A stretch of 64,000 bases of DNA, taken from the NCBI GenBank assembly GCA_013239625.1, contig MU053561.1, forward strand, positions 870,826 to 934,825, given 5' to 3'. A program made the translations under genes and the position numbers. The notes beneath the pieces were generated by a model. That model ran no database searches, was not told the origin of the DNA, and saw nothing but the letters and a program-made list of their open reading frames with translations. Positions 1 through 13,828 of this stretch are shown here, in pieces (the first letter of the stretch is position 1; the number at the start of each line of letters is the position of its first letter). Source of the DNA: Lama guanicoe (Eukaryota).

Positions 1-1009
1 TAGGAATATATTAACATATCTGTAACTCAAATAGAGACACAGCTTATCCCCTCGTCTTATTTTTCTGTCTAACTAGCAGACTACTTTTGTCAGTCTTCCA
101 TGATTCCTGTCTTTCTGAAAGTCAAATGCCCACCTTTACACTGACTCTGTGGAGACAGGGTCATCCAGCTTCCATGTGGACCACATGTTAGAAGGGTTGA
201 GGGTAGAGAGCAGTGTCTCTTCAAAAAAAGTTAACAGAGCCAAGACCACAGATGGGATTACTGTGATCTGAGTAACACTTAAATTTGCGTCGTTTTTAGA
301 TCATCTAGAAAAGCATGTAAAGTGGGAAAAATAATTTCCAAAACCAGGGTTTTTTCTTTTTTAACCCTTTTTAGGCTCAGACTTTGGGAGAGAGAGATCA
401 GAACTGAGACATCCAAAAAAGAGAGAGATGGGAGAAGAATCATTAGAGTGTGGATCTAAGGATTCCAAGAGGGTAGAGAATTTCAAAGAAAAAATGAAAA
501 GCAAGGCAGTGCTATAGTATGATAAAGACTAAAAGTTATCCATTAGAGTTTATAATTGGTATATCACTAATGATATGAGCAACCACAATGGCTTTAGAAG
601 AGTTACTGGTGCAGACTGGTGACAGTGAGATGAGGGGTGAGGAAGTGGGGATTGCTCTTGTGAGGAGCCTGAGTGAGAAAGAAGCATCAGAGAGGGAGAA
701 GGGCACTATAAAGAATGGCCTGACCAAGCGAATTCTTTGGAGGTAGGATCTTTTAGGATGGAAGAGCCTTGAGCATGATTAGAAGAGCCAATAAAGATGG
801 ACAGATTGAAGATACAGAAAAGAGATGGAAAGAAATGCAATTCAGAGCAAACGCTTGAACATTAGGAGAGACAGACCAAGCAAGTCTGGGACTGGGAGAA
901 AGGTATAGAGATGGCTGTGGGTCTAGATGAGTTTGCTGGGAATGGGATGGGAAATTCAGGAACTCTAAAACCTGATGGGTATAATTCTCTCAAGGGGTTA
1001 ATGGAATAA

Positions 1010-1380
1010 GTCAGTGATTTAGTGGACAGGCTCTAAAGTCAGACTGCCTGGGTTCAAAATCAGGTTCTTCTACTTGGTAACTGGAAGTCCTTGGGCAAGT
1101 TACTGAACCTCTCTCTACTTCATTTTCTTCATCTATAAGAGGAGTTAAAAACTTGAACTCTGTAGCCAAACCACCAGAGTTTGGAGCTTGTAAGCTGCAC
1201 CGCTAACTAACAGTATGTCCTTGGCAAGTCACTTAACCTTTCTGTGCCTTAATTTCTTCTTCTGTAAAATGGAGACAATGATACTATCTACCCCACCAAA
1301 TCACTGTGAGGATTAAATGAGTTAATATTTATAAGGGTCTAAAACAGTACCGGGCGTATTGTGAGCACTATATGTGTTTT
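1010..1380 (+). mobile_element. Two tandem MIR SINEs
   Basis: Core ccttgggcaagttactgaacctctct and cttggcaagtcacttaacctttctgtgccttaatttcttcttctgtaaaatgg. Confidence 0.8.
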
Positions 1381-2234
1381 AAAAAATGGTTCAATAGGCG
1401 GTGTTGAGAGTTGAGAGTCCAAGAGACTATAATTTAGATTTATAGGTAGAATCTGTGTTGTTTTAAGGGTTTTCACCAGAAGTGCTCAGCTATTTAGGTA
1501 TGTAAGTGAAGAATGAGCCCTCTAGTCTTGAACCAGGATTGGAGTTTTTGTGTGGCTATGGGGAATATACTGGCAAGGGTTACTGAGGTTGCTAATGAGA
1601 GCAAAGTCCAAGTGATTTACCTTGAGACCAGGCTGGGTAGGGAAGAGGAGAGGTCAGATAGGGACCGCTGCACTAGTTAAAAATGGAAAAATCAGAGACT
1701 CCAATTTCTAAGTGAGTTTGGAGAGCAAGTATAGTGGGAATAAAAGCATGAACAAGTTGAAAGGTGGAAGGTTGTAGACTGAATAGAATATTGACACTTA
1801 TGATTTCAAAAACAGGAATTCTGGGTGATGACAAAGTCCAGGGTATGGCCATGGGACAAGGTAGTTGAGGTTGAGGAGTTCAAACAAATGTATTTAATGC
1901 TAGACTATTGGATCAGTAATCTTCCTGATAATTGAACTCTTTTGGATAATGGAAGTTAGGGTAGAAAGAGAGCCAGCTTCCTAAGCCTTTAATCAGTTTG
2001 GGAGAGTTATTCATGAGATGGGAAGAATACAACAAAGTGCTGAGCAAGTGTAAACATCTATCCTCCGATTTATGTAGTCACGTGAGATGTTTTGGACCAT
2101 TTGTACCCAGTGTCTCCTGAACTATTAAAAGATTCTATTCAGTGGAATATTATTTGGATATGTCACCTGGTAAACTGGGTCCTCATCTCTAATTCAGAGG
2201 AGTAGTAAGATCATGAATATTTTCTGTGTATTGA

Positions 2235-3740
2235 TATATTAGCAAATATTGAGCACCTACTATACCAATGAAGAACACAGATAAAATCTTATATCCCAGA
2301 GGGAAAAACAAACAATAAACAAGTAATTAAAATATGTATGTTAGGTGATAATAAGTGACACATTGAAAAATAAAGCAGAGACAAGCGATGGTAACTGCCA
2401 CAGGATATTGCAGTTTTAAATTGGATGGTCAGCAAAGGCCTCGAAGAAGGTGAGATTTCAGAAAAGACCTGAAGGTGGTGAAAACACATGCAGGGTGGAT
2501 ATCTGGGGGAAGATGGTGCCAGGCAGAGGAAACAGGAATGGGACAGCCTTGAGGTGGGGGGGTGGCTAACCTGGCATGTTTGAAGATGAGCAAGGAGGCC
2601 AGTGTGGCTTAAGAAGAGTGAGAATTTTCTGCATTTTACAAATACTATATAGTACTTTCTGTGTGTTGGACACTTTTCTAAATACTTTATAAATATTCAT
2701 TTAATGCTCATAACAACCCTATAAAGCAGTGCTATTATTAGCCCCATTTTCAGATGAGGATCTGTAAAACAGGTGTTAAGTAACTTGTCACACTGGCAAC
2801 AAAATGCACATAGTTTAAGAGGGGAAGGAGCCAGGGTCCTAACCTTAGGTTTGTTTTGCATTATGCTGCCCATATAGCAGTAGGACATGAAGTCAGATGG
2901 CTAATTGGAAGGTGGGAGTGGGAAAGTCAATTGTATAGAATCTTGGAAGCGACTGTAAAGACTTTGTCTTTTGCTAGGATTGAGTTGGCAAAGCCATTGG
3001 AAGGCTTGTTTGGAGGAATGACATGGGCTGACACAGGTCTTTAAGCTGTACTCTGGCCGTTAGGTTGAAAATAGAATAGAGGAGCAAGGATAGAAGCAAG
3101 GAGACCAGTTAGAGGCTAGTATAAAGTCCGGGCGAGGGATGATGGTGGCTTGGATGAGGATGAGTAGTGAAGATGGTTTCATGAGAAGTGGTCTGTTCTT
3201 GATATTTATTTTAAAGAATGTAGAGCCAACAAGATATTTTTTTTACTGACTAGATGTAGGATGAAAGAATGGAGTCAAGATTGATTCCAAGGTTTTAGGG
3301 TAGAGCAACTGGAGGAATGAATTTGCCACTTACTGAGATGGTAAAGATGGCAAGAGGGATAAGATATTTTTTGGAAGTGGAGGGGAAGGTCAGGAGTTGA
3401 GTTTTAGTCATGTGGAGTTTAGATGCCCAGTGAACATCTAAATGGAGATGACAGGTAGACAATTAGATATATGAGATCAAATCTCAAGAGAGACATCCAG
3501 AGAGATATATTTGCGAGTCTTCAGTTGAGACTCTTCTTAAAGCTATGAGATTGTGTGTGATCATCTTAGCAGTGTTTTTGGAAAGAGTTGAGAAGTGGTC
3601 CAAGTACTGAACCTGTGAGCATTTCAACATTAAGAGATTGGGATGATGAGAATAACCAGCCAAGACAGATAGATAGGAGGAAAAGTAGGAGAAGGTGACA
3701 TCCTGGAAGCCAAGGGAAGATAATGTTTTCTAGACCAATT
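2235..3740 (-). mobile_element. L2 LINE remnant with a nested MIR (about 2640-2875)
   Basis: caaatattgagcacctactat 3' end, followed by the purine-rich L2 body (gagcaactggaggaatgaatttgccacttactgagatgg). Confidence 0.75.
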
Positions 3741-4758
3741 CACATGCATCTGTGCACATGTGCGCATGCGCGGGCACACACCCACACACACACACAAGTG
3801 CTTGCACATGCACACCACGTATCATATATGAAGACAGAATAATCAAGGGTACCAGCTACTTTTCTTCACTGATTACCATAGTCTCTACTTGCAGGAAAAT
3901 TTAATTGGGAAGCCTCATTATTAAATAAGGTCACTTGATGGGTGTGGAATCAGAACAAGGGAGGTTCATTGGGTCACTTCATTGGCTGGTGTAATTAAGC
4001 TATGATAACCCGAAGCTCCATCCCCATCGTGGGGTGTACTTGCTCCTTAGGCAACATATGGTACTGTGACATATGGCTTGTGTCACAGAACCATTTCCTT
4101 TGGACACATGGCCAAAGTTTTCCCAAGGGAGCTGCTTTTTCTAAGCTTCCACCCCTCCAGGAGGCAGAGTCTTTCTTTAGATATGTTAATGTACCTCATC
4201 TTGTTTCCATTAAGTCTTATCCTCAGAGTTCTTAAAGTTTTTTGGGAAGGGGTCATTATTTCCTTTGATTAAAATGTAGACTTTCTACCTAGAAAAATAT
4301 ATATATAAATTCTCAAAATTTTATGTACAGTTTCACAAGTCCATGAACCCAGCTTAAGAACTCCTACTTTAGGCTGACCTGTCTCTGATTTGTTGACTCA
4401 CTCATTGAAGGTTAACTTATTCCCTTCTTTCAAAGCCCTCTTTCTTATACACTGGAATAGTACTGCCACTTACCAGTTACAAAGCTGGTCTTAGGATCTA
4501 CACCATAGAACTTCTATGTGAAATTGTTTAATAACGAAATAGTTCTGTTACTTTAATAAGTGAAACTTCTTGTCTAGAAGGGTGGTAGACTGTCATGCCA
4601 TATGCCTCCCTGTACACATTGCTTCATAGTGAAGTTCTAGTGTGTGCATATACAATAACACAAATGTGTAAAGCTCGTGCTAGCCAGTTCTGAAATTCAG
4701 CCTTTAGTAGGGGTGAGTGAGTCTTACTATAAGATGCTGCTGCTTAAACAATTAAGAA

Positions 4759-4797
4759 TATATATATATAATATAATTATATATATATATATAATTA
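4759..4797. repeat. (AT)n low-complexity tract including a 24-bp perfect palindrome (4774-4797)
   Basis: taattatatatatatatataatta is self-complementary. Confidence 0.9.
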
Positions 4798-6565
4798 AAG
4801 TTTGGCAGAAATAGAGGAAGATTCAAAATATTTGCTTGAAGGGTGAAAAAAAAGCTGCCCAGAATATTAAGAGCAATACCCTTCTGAACTTCACAGAAAG
4901 TGTCATGAGAGTGTCAGTGATTAGAACTGATCAGATATTTGGCTGTCCTTTTCAACCAGAAGATGGATTTGAACCAGATTACCACATCCACTGTTTAGTT
5001 TTGAAGAGAAAGAAAAAAAAAAAGCCAATTATTTGTCTCTGTTCAAAGGCTTTTTTTGTATTGTAGATCCCTGAAAGGCTGATAGAGAAGCCAGCCTTTC
5101 ACATTCACTAAGGTTAGCCCTGAAACTGTTGAATTTGATCTCTTCCATTTGCCATCTGGATACAGTAGAGAAAAAGCTATTCTGCGTTGGGTTGCTGGAC
5201 ACCATCCAGAAAATAATATGTCAGGGGCATCAAAGGCTTGAGGCACTTGGTCCAGTCTGTCTAATGATCACAGGCAGGGCCTGCTCTCCAGTTTTGTAGT
5301 ATGTTTTATTTTTGCAGTGACATATATCCCAGTAAAATAGATCACAAGGGTTACTGCCAACCTGTCAAACTATGATTCTTCCATCATACACTTCAAAAAA
5401 GGGCCAGATTTTAATTGGGCGAGGCTTGATTTCCAAACGGAGGAAGCTCCGTCTCATCACAGTCTCTACCCTTCGTTGGGGAGAGCACTTAACGCAAAGG
5501 GGATTCTAACTCCTAGATTGTTTCATCCTACACCCAAATGCCAAATTTAAAGTCTCCTTAAAATTAACCTCATTTAAAGCTGTGTTCCTTACCCTCTTTA
5601 GAAGTAGGCCCAGTATCTGGCCAGCTAATGACCATGCTGGCAGCTCTCCAGGAATCTGACAACCACATCTCATTATTCACACCAACTGGAGCCAATTGTG
5701 GCTGAACTTTTTTCTTCTTCTTTTTCTTCTGTTATTTAAAAATGTGGACAGGAAGCAACAGCAAGCAATGGCATGGGTTCCTCTGGGATTGGAGAGGAGC
5801 CTAGCAAAATAGGACCTGTGTGTCAGGGAGCGTATGGCTATGTTTTAAGGTAGCTGCAGGCCGTCTAACTCTAAGCTCTGATAAAGCAAGCTTTAGTTTA
5901 GGTCTTTGCAGGATGTGCTTAGAGATGAATTTATAGCTTCTGCAGTAGGTAAAATTGTAGGGCAATTGCCATCTTGTCTCTTACACTGAGAAGGGGTGAC
6001 AAGAAGAGTTGCCAAGCCCTAACCGTGGACAGCACTTTTCTTTGTGGACAAGATTGGTCGCCAAGCTGACACTAAATACTGGGTCAACTCCCAAGTCTCC
6101 CATGCTGACCTCAGGAGCTAGAGAGGCCCTGGCTGGGTTCTGGCCAGTTTGCTAAGTGGGGTGTTGTGGGCAGCAGCACTCTGGTTTTGGTTCCTTGTTC
6201 AAGTTATCTGGTAGATACAAAGTTACTACTTTTCCTGCTCCAAACTGGTACTGTCCATGTTTCTTTCCATCCTGTCATTCAGGGACTTTACTCTCAGAAT
6301 ATTTCTGTTCTTCTTTTCTCCCTTCAGATCTGGTATTGAGAGCAGCAAGCAGTTCTCCTACATTAAGTGAAACAAATAAAATCTCCATACCATAAATCAA
6401 GGAAAGCAGTGTTGATGACTCTGAGCTGCATTATCCCTGCTAAGCTTTGAGCACCTGCTCCCAGCATCTGTTTGGCCCCTCCCAGGCAGGCCTGTCCCTT
6501 CCTGTAGTTGGTGACTTGTTTTTCCTGTAGTGTTTACCTGCTCTCAGATCCCCTCCCTGGCTTAA

Positions 6566-6595
6566 AAACAAACAAACAAACAAACAAACAAACAA
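6566..6595. repeat. (AAAC)n microsatellite
   Basis: Read directly from the sequence. Confidence 0.9.
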
Positions 6596-9500
6596 CTGGG
6601 ACGGCTGTGATGTCAAGTCACTATTAGAGCCAGACTTCCTGGCCTTGCCAACCCTATCCAGTTACTTAACCCGTCTGTGCCTTAGTCACCTTACCTGTAT
6701 AATGGGGCTAGTCAGAGCGCCTGCCATGGTGGTGGTACAGGTTTGGTGTGACAGTTAAGAGAGGACTATGAAGGAAAGAGGCTGGCACAGCAGAGTGCTC
6801 AATATATATTTCCTACTGTTGTTATTGTTATCATTATTTGATGTAGGTTAGTATGACTGGATTTCATCATTTTTTACCTCAATCAAGTTATTTAGCATGT
6901 TGAGGCCTTTATTATTCATTGTCAACGACAAGATTTTGAGTTCTGCTAAAAGAACTTCAAGGATTAGCAACCAGGAAAGATTGGAGCCAGGGAGATCCTT
7001 CAGATCCTGTTGCTGCCCTGCTGGCTTTGCAGCTGCACCAGAGCATAGGGTGTGGGAAGAGCTGAGAGGCCCCATCCCCTGCTGGAAGACAAGCTCCAGG
7101 AGTGCAGAGATTCCATCTTTTTGTTCACCCTCGTCTTCCCAGCATCTAGGATGGTGCCTGGCTTCTCAAGATGGCGATTCCTCATCTTCAGTCATCAACT
7201 TGATCTTGGCTCAGCCTCCACAGACTCCCATGATTTTTTTTTTAAAGACATTTATTGTGTCCTTTAAAAAGAATTATTATCTGTCTAGATCCCTTCTTAG
7301 TTTTAAAGAATACCCTTTGTGTAAACTTTGGTGGGCACAGTGGCAGTGAGAATTAAAATACTGTTTTATTTTCAACTTAGCATGAGCCTAATGCCCCAAT
7401 GTGTAGCTCTGGTAAACTTGATTAGGCCCAAGACTCTACCTAAATCCGAACCCAAAATTTGGGATGTGAATTACCAGCTGCCTGAGATAAAGGGTGCAAG
7501 AGATCAACTTGAAAGTTTGGGATCCAGACCTGGCTCCAAGGCAGGCTTATGGGGATGACAGAAAGGGCAAGATTCATCTGGTAACAAATCTGACCCAGTC
7601 ACGATTCTTGAAGCTGGTCATTTCAACGAGCAATTCTCTGATCCAAGTGGGGAACAAGAATAGGGAAAGAAAGGAGGCTCCCCTTCCAGTGAGCACTACC
7701 TGTCATGGCAGAAAAAAGTTGGAAACTGCCGCTATGGGGTAAGACCCCATTTAGCCAGTAAGATTAGAAAAGTGGGACCCCAAACTGGAGAAAGCAGATA
7801 GGTTAAAATACAAACAATACAGTGTAGTTTTGTGGAAATCAAAGGAGAATATTTTAAAGGATGATAATGAGGAGTGTCAGTTGGTAGATTCAGAGAGACC
7901 ATTGGAGAACAAGACAGAAGAGGCTGTTGGATTGAAGGAGTAAGAGACCATTATTAGTTTTAGAAAAGCTTTAGTAACTTGGTGGGTGAGAAACCAGATT
8001 ATAGGGAGTTAAAGTAGTGGTGGTGATATAGGGTTCTTCTGGCAATATTTAGGAAGAGTACGAAAGGGAGAAATAACTCAGGTAGGACTAGACTTCTTTA
8101 TATTCCTACACAATGTGTAAAGAGATGACGATTTAAAATGGAAGAAAGTAAAAGAAAACTTGATGGAGAAATAGTCCTAAGAACACGGGAGGATAAATAG
8201 CACTGTGGGAAAGGGTTAGTCTCAAGGGATTTTTCTTTCTAAAACGAAAGAGGAGAGAAGATGGTTATCTACATGGAAGTGCTTGGTGGTGCAGAGTAGC
8301 GAAGGTGATACTACATACTGAACTCAGTAAAGAAGAACTGGGGTCATCTGATAAGAGGAGGGAAGCTCCTGGGGCTTAAGTAGACTAGAGAATTAAAATT
8401 AGCTCTAAATAAAATGAATCAGTGAATTAGCTGGGCATGGCATAATAGTCACTGCACTGCAGAGTTCTCAAGGGCAGGGATTCTGTTTTATTACTCTTGT
8501 ATCCCTACTGCTTAACAGTGTTTGGTCCAGGGTTAGTGCTCAATAAATATTTGAATGGATGGATGGATGGATAAATGGAAGATTTGTTATCTGGATGTGC
8601 TTATGAAAGTTTATTTTAGTTGAATTAAACTACTCCTGACCCCTAATAAGGGCCTAGGTGAAATCAAATATAATCATTAAACTAAGCTCATAACTGTTTG
8701 CAATTTAGAAACAGGACTTAATAGATGGAACCTTTTCTGCAAGTCCCCATTTTTTTGTGTTGGGTTTTCCTAGGGTAAGGGGATGGCAGTGGTGATTTTA
8801 TTTTGCAATACTGGATGAAAGGGTGAGTTGTTAGATCTAGCACACACTATTCTGCTGCTTGTAGCTCTGGGATTTGGCCCAAATTCAGAAACGGTCATAT
8901 TTGGGACCATGTTTGCAGCTTCAGTGGCCCCCAGAGAACCTGCACCTTCCTGATTTTGCCTCCTCATCTGATTGTTCCAGTAACTTAGGTGGTTCAGATA
9001 TCCCTACTTAAAACTAGCATGTGTGTTAGAGATGCTTGGAACCCATGTTAGGAATCCTGTACCAGAGGTAATAAGTGAAGATCAAGATATCTCAGATTTA
9101 ATGGCTTGTGCCTTTACTTTAGTAAAAGACTGAAGAGAAAGGAAGACACGGACAGACATTGCTTGAAAAAGAAAAGAAGAAAGACTTACAGTCTTTTATT
9201 TTTCTATGAGAATAAGGAAGAAACTGGTGATGACACTCAATTATTCAATAATTAGATATGGGGCACCTGTGGTAGGCAGAGGCCTCCTTAAGATGAGACT
9301 AAAATGTAAAATGTAACTTATTCACTGGGAAAATTGTTTCAGTAACCTTTATAAAAAAAATAACATGGGCTTGTTTTGATTTTACTTTTATGAACTAATA
9401 TTCCAAATTGATTATTTCCTGATAGCGGGAAGTTGGAATGATTCTGATACTAAAACCTACATTTCTCCTCAACATTGCCAGTTAACATTAGGAGTTTGCT

Positions 9501-12445
9501 GTTTCGTTACAACCGGGGACACTAGGAGGACCAAAGCATTTTCCTCCATGTTGCTTTCGGTTGTTAGGCACTGTCACAGTGGAAGCCCTGGCCCCTTGAA
9601 CCATAGCAGCAGCAGGTGAGCAGAGGAGGAACAAGATTTCAAAATATTTTGTTTTCAGAGGTTATTTGATGGGTTGAAGTCATCACACAACATCTGAGGT
9701 TGATTTTGAGATTCTTAATTTATCCTTTTTAAAGATTCAGATTAAAAAACATAAACAAATTTCCACTCAGTTTTCCCGTAAACCCCATCCCTTAACTCAA
9801 CTCAAAACATCCTGATCCTGCAGTGTTCTGCTGTGTTCCTGCCCCAGCCGAATTAGGCAGGCCCCTGGGTGCCTGGTGGGGGGCATGCAGTGCTTGTCTT
9901 CCAGAAGAAGGAAGTAGCACTATATTGTAGGTTAGACACACTCTTCCTAAGGGCAGAACTGGTCAAAAATCGAATTGCATTCATGCATGAGCTCCCTGTA
10001 TACTTGTGAATGCCTTTTAACATCACCTTGTTAAAATAAAATGTCAGGAAATTAACACACAAAAGCCACTCTGAACCTTGAGGTATGATTGCTTTTATTC
10101 TAAGGAGAATTGAACAGTTTTATAAGGGGTTCATAGAAATAGTTTTTCCATACATTTTATTCTAAGAGTATTTTATTGTAGATTCTACTAAACTTATGAT
10201 ACTTTAAGAATTTGGAAAAGTGTTCTAATTGTAGATATTGTTGACTAAAAGATGCCTGGCATTTATATAGGTAACCTAGGAAGGGATCATTTGAAAATGT
10301 CCAGCTAGTCTTAAAAATATCCTTTCTTATTCTCTTCCCTGGGGTTACTGAGTGCCTGGGAACCTACGACCAGGCTTCCAGCTCTTGCATTCTATAAGTT
10401 GCATATAATTAGTATTCATTTCTACTTTGTTAATGTACGTGTATTAAACCTCCACCCTGTTGATGTTAGGAATGTGAGGAAACATGTATCTTGCCCTTGA
10501 GGATTTCACTGGCTGGTGAGGCAGAAGAGGGAGAACAAAGCAATGCAGGTACTTCCAGGAGCAAATAACTCAAGTTACCTTGGGAGGGTGGAGAAGACTT
10601 CTTAAATGTGGTGATGTCTGAACTGGGTCTTAAAATATAAATTGAAATCTGTCAGGTGAAGACAGGCACACCAGGCAGAGAGAAGTGAATGTGCAAAGGG
10701 TTAGAATTTAGAAAGAATATGGCTTCTTCAGGTAACTAAAAGGAATATACAATTCATGGAGTAGACTGGTAGGAGAAAAAGGCTGAAAAAAGTACACTTG
10801 AGTCTTGTTAACTCTGCAGTGCTGATGAGGTATGGATCAGCAAAAAATGTAAAATTGCCAGAAACATGAGAGAACTTGCAAAATACTTTGTTATGTAAAT
10901 CATCTGATAGATCATTGGGCTATATTTTTCTGCAGCAGTGCTTTAAAAAACTGTCATCAAGATGGAAGATTTAAAAACTATATATATGTATGTATTATAC
11001 TTTAATATAACTCAAGTGCTGCCATTTCAACTGCATCATTTTTACCCAGTTGGTGTTCTGCCTGTCCACACAAAACAGCTCTGTTTCACTTGGTGCGTAC
11101 ATTTCTCCCTCTTCACTGTTTGATGGTTATGGCACAAGCATTTGCAATTACTTTCTCAGTAACTATGATTATTTGATTGTAATATAAAAAAGAGTCAGTG
11201 TTATTTTTCAGAAAAATGTCTGAGAGTTTATCAATTGAGGCAATTTGTAGTGTCACTTGTGGTACCATTTATTTAATCATTAATAATTAGTCAGTGTATA
11301 GTAATTTGTCATCTAAGTGGATGAAAAATCATGTTCTACTTTCAAGATGTACTTTCAAACCATCTGATTGAAATTGTTGAATATAAGAGCAATATTCTAT
11401 TATTTACACTAATTATTTTACCCTACTAATGTTTAGTCATAGAGGAGAATTATGTACAATATAAAAAATTTCCAATTGGAGCGAGTTAAAGTGCATTTAA
11501 AATCATTACAATTTGAGTGTGAGTGCTAATTTTGTGGTAAAGTTGAGGAAAATTAATCATTTTTGACTCAAGGTATGTTTACAAAAATAGAATACACCCA
11601 TGTAAGCACATAAAATAAATAAAAATAAAATTAGAGTTGAAAGTTTATTGAAAAACAGTGTTACTGCAAAAGGAACATGATGAATATTCATTGGTGAATA
11701 AAGGCAGGGTTTTGAAGTTGGAAATCAAACTAAAATCTAAAAGAGAATAATTATTTTGGTTTATAAATTCACAACTTGGTTAGCACAAAAATGCACAAAT
11801 ACCAAGTGAAATAACTGGAATTAGAGAAATAAAATTATGATGCCACATTACCTTATAAATGAGATAAATGTTTTTTCCATTTATTCAGCAGTAAATGATG
11901 ATACAACTTAAAGCAAAATGAAAAAGTGTCATCAATTTGTGTAAACAATTAGAAAAGGCCAGGCCTTCTTAATTAAAGAAATATTCTTGAATTTTATTAG
12001 GCACAATGAGACAACTGCCTAAGGAATGTAGAGTCATTTTACACACACACACAAACACACACACACACACAGAGTGAGTGCAAATCAGAATTATGATGTT
12101 CCCATTAAACATGAATAGGAAATTGAATGTAGGGTGGGGAAATTTTAGAGGAAAAGCTAAGTACTCAATTGTGCAAAATTCTAGGGTTTGTTGACAAGTG
12201 TGAAGAATTGAAAACCCTGAAACGTCCTCAGTCCTGACACTTCTTTGACAACACTGTCTCTGCATCTACATGTAGATTACCAGCTTTTTCAGAATTGTGT
12301 AAGAGGCCCAAAGATGTGACGTGCAGGAAACTAATGTGGCATGTCAAAAATGTTTTGGACTGTTTGTTCTCCAACATTATGGGCTATCATCGAGCGCTTT
12401 CAGAGATTACTCAAATAACCTTTCAAATATAAAGAGGGCTAGTAA

Positions 12446-12572
12446 GGGGGAGGGTATAGCTCAGTGGCAGAGTGCATGCTTAGCATGCACTAGGTCCTGG
12501 GTTTAATCCCCAGTGCCTCCATCAAAAAAATAAATAAACCTAATTACCTCCCCCTGCAGGAAAAAAAAAAAA
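12446..12572 (+). mobile_element. tRNA-derived SINE, Vic-1-like (camelid)
   Basis: ggggagggtatagctcagtggcagagtgcatgcttagcatgcactaggtcctgggtttaatccccag has A and B boxes and an A-rich tail, with no tRNA acceptor-stem closure. Confidence 0.88.
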
Positions 12573-13380
12573 GGTGGGGGATAGTAAATTAATGATCAGC
12601 TGACACTAGTTTCCAAATGTGAATTTTTCCCTTTTCTTCCCCAAGTTTATTACAAACCATTATAAGAATTCTTTCTAAAGACCCTCAAAGAAAAATTATA
12701 GGCATGTTTTCTTAGTTTATAAAAGTAAAAGAAATAGTTCACTGTTTATTAGCTAAGAAAACCTATATCTCAGAACCATTTGGGCTGGGATAACTATGCC
12801 CAAAAATAATCTCTTAAGGTTTCAAAGGAAAAAAAAGAACTTTCAGAGGAGAACACTAGGTCGTGGCAGTTCAAATAGTGCACGTCATACTATTTCATCA
12901 GAAAAATGGTACCCAGTCAATATTTTTTTTACCAAAGGAAGCCGTATTTGCTAAGTGTAAATTTACATTTTTCTGAGTGATTACAGCATAGTGAAAACTG
13001 TAAAGCTACTCCTTAAACAGAAGGAATAAATGGAGCAAAGCCAACTATGTACAGTGATTTTATGGAATTAGTGCAAATGTGATCCTAGAACTCTGATTTT
13101 CCCAGAACAAAGGAACAGCAACTTGATCTATGGGTACATCCCTGCAGTTGATGCTAGCTGTTTATTGGACGTGATCTACCCAGCAATGCTTCCCACACCT
13201 CAGCACCACTGTCTATGTATGTGTGGTCATGGTTCGGCCAGTCGTGACAGTCAGTGCAGAATGCTTGTATTCCACTTAGCCTTGCCCCAGCATGGGCCTG
13301 TACAGCTCTGGAGAAGCTCAGTTGCCTGGCAGATTACAGGTCCTGAAGGCTCACCATATCAGCGTACAACATTAGCCAAG

Positions 13381-13828
13381 TGTATCCCCTAAAGCTGCTG
13401 TAACTGAGTGCCACAAACCAGATGGCTTAAAACAGCAGGAATTTACTCTCTTGCATTTCTGGTGGCTAGGAGTCTGAAATCAAAGTGTCAGCCGGGCCAT
13501 GCTCTTCTGCAGGGACTCTAGTGGAGACTCCTTCCTTGACTCTTTCTAGATTCTGTAACTCCTTGCAAAGTTTGGCATTTGCTGACTTGTAGCTGCACCT
13601 CTCTGGCCTCTGCCGCTATCTTCACACGGCCTTTTGCCCTCTGTGTCTCTGTGTGTCTTCTCTCCTTGTAGAGACACCAGTCATTGGATTTACAGCCCAC
13701 TCTGATCCAGCGTGAGCTCATCCTCACTGATTACAACTGCAAGGACTCTGTTTCCAAGGAAGGTCAAAGTCACAGTCTGAGGGTCTAGGTAGACAGGAGT
13801 TTTGCGGGGACACAGTCAACCCATTACA
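13381..13828 (-). mobile_element. MaLR solo LTR (MLT1B/C-like)
   Basis: gctgctgtaac...ggcttaaaacagcaggaatttactctc...ctgaaatcaaagtgtcagc...gacacagtcaacccattaca; TG...CA ends. Confidence 0.82.

Noticed and set aside
6897..7349. 150-aa ORF or processed pseudogene
   Set aside because: No recognisable protein; it overlaps an L2-like 3' fragment and lacks polyA/TSD structure.
12446..12520. tRNA gene (A/B boxes, tRNA-Ala-like)
   Set aside because: It has an A-rich tail, two further diverged copies in the window (one with a clear TSD) and no proper acceptor stem, so it is a SINE.
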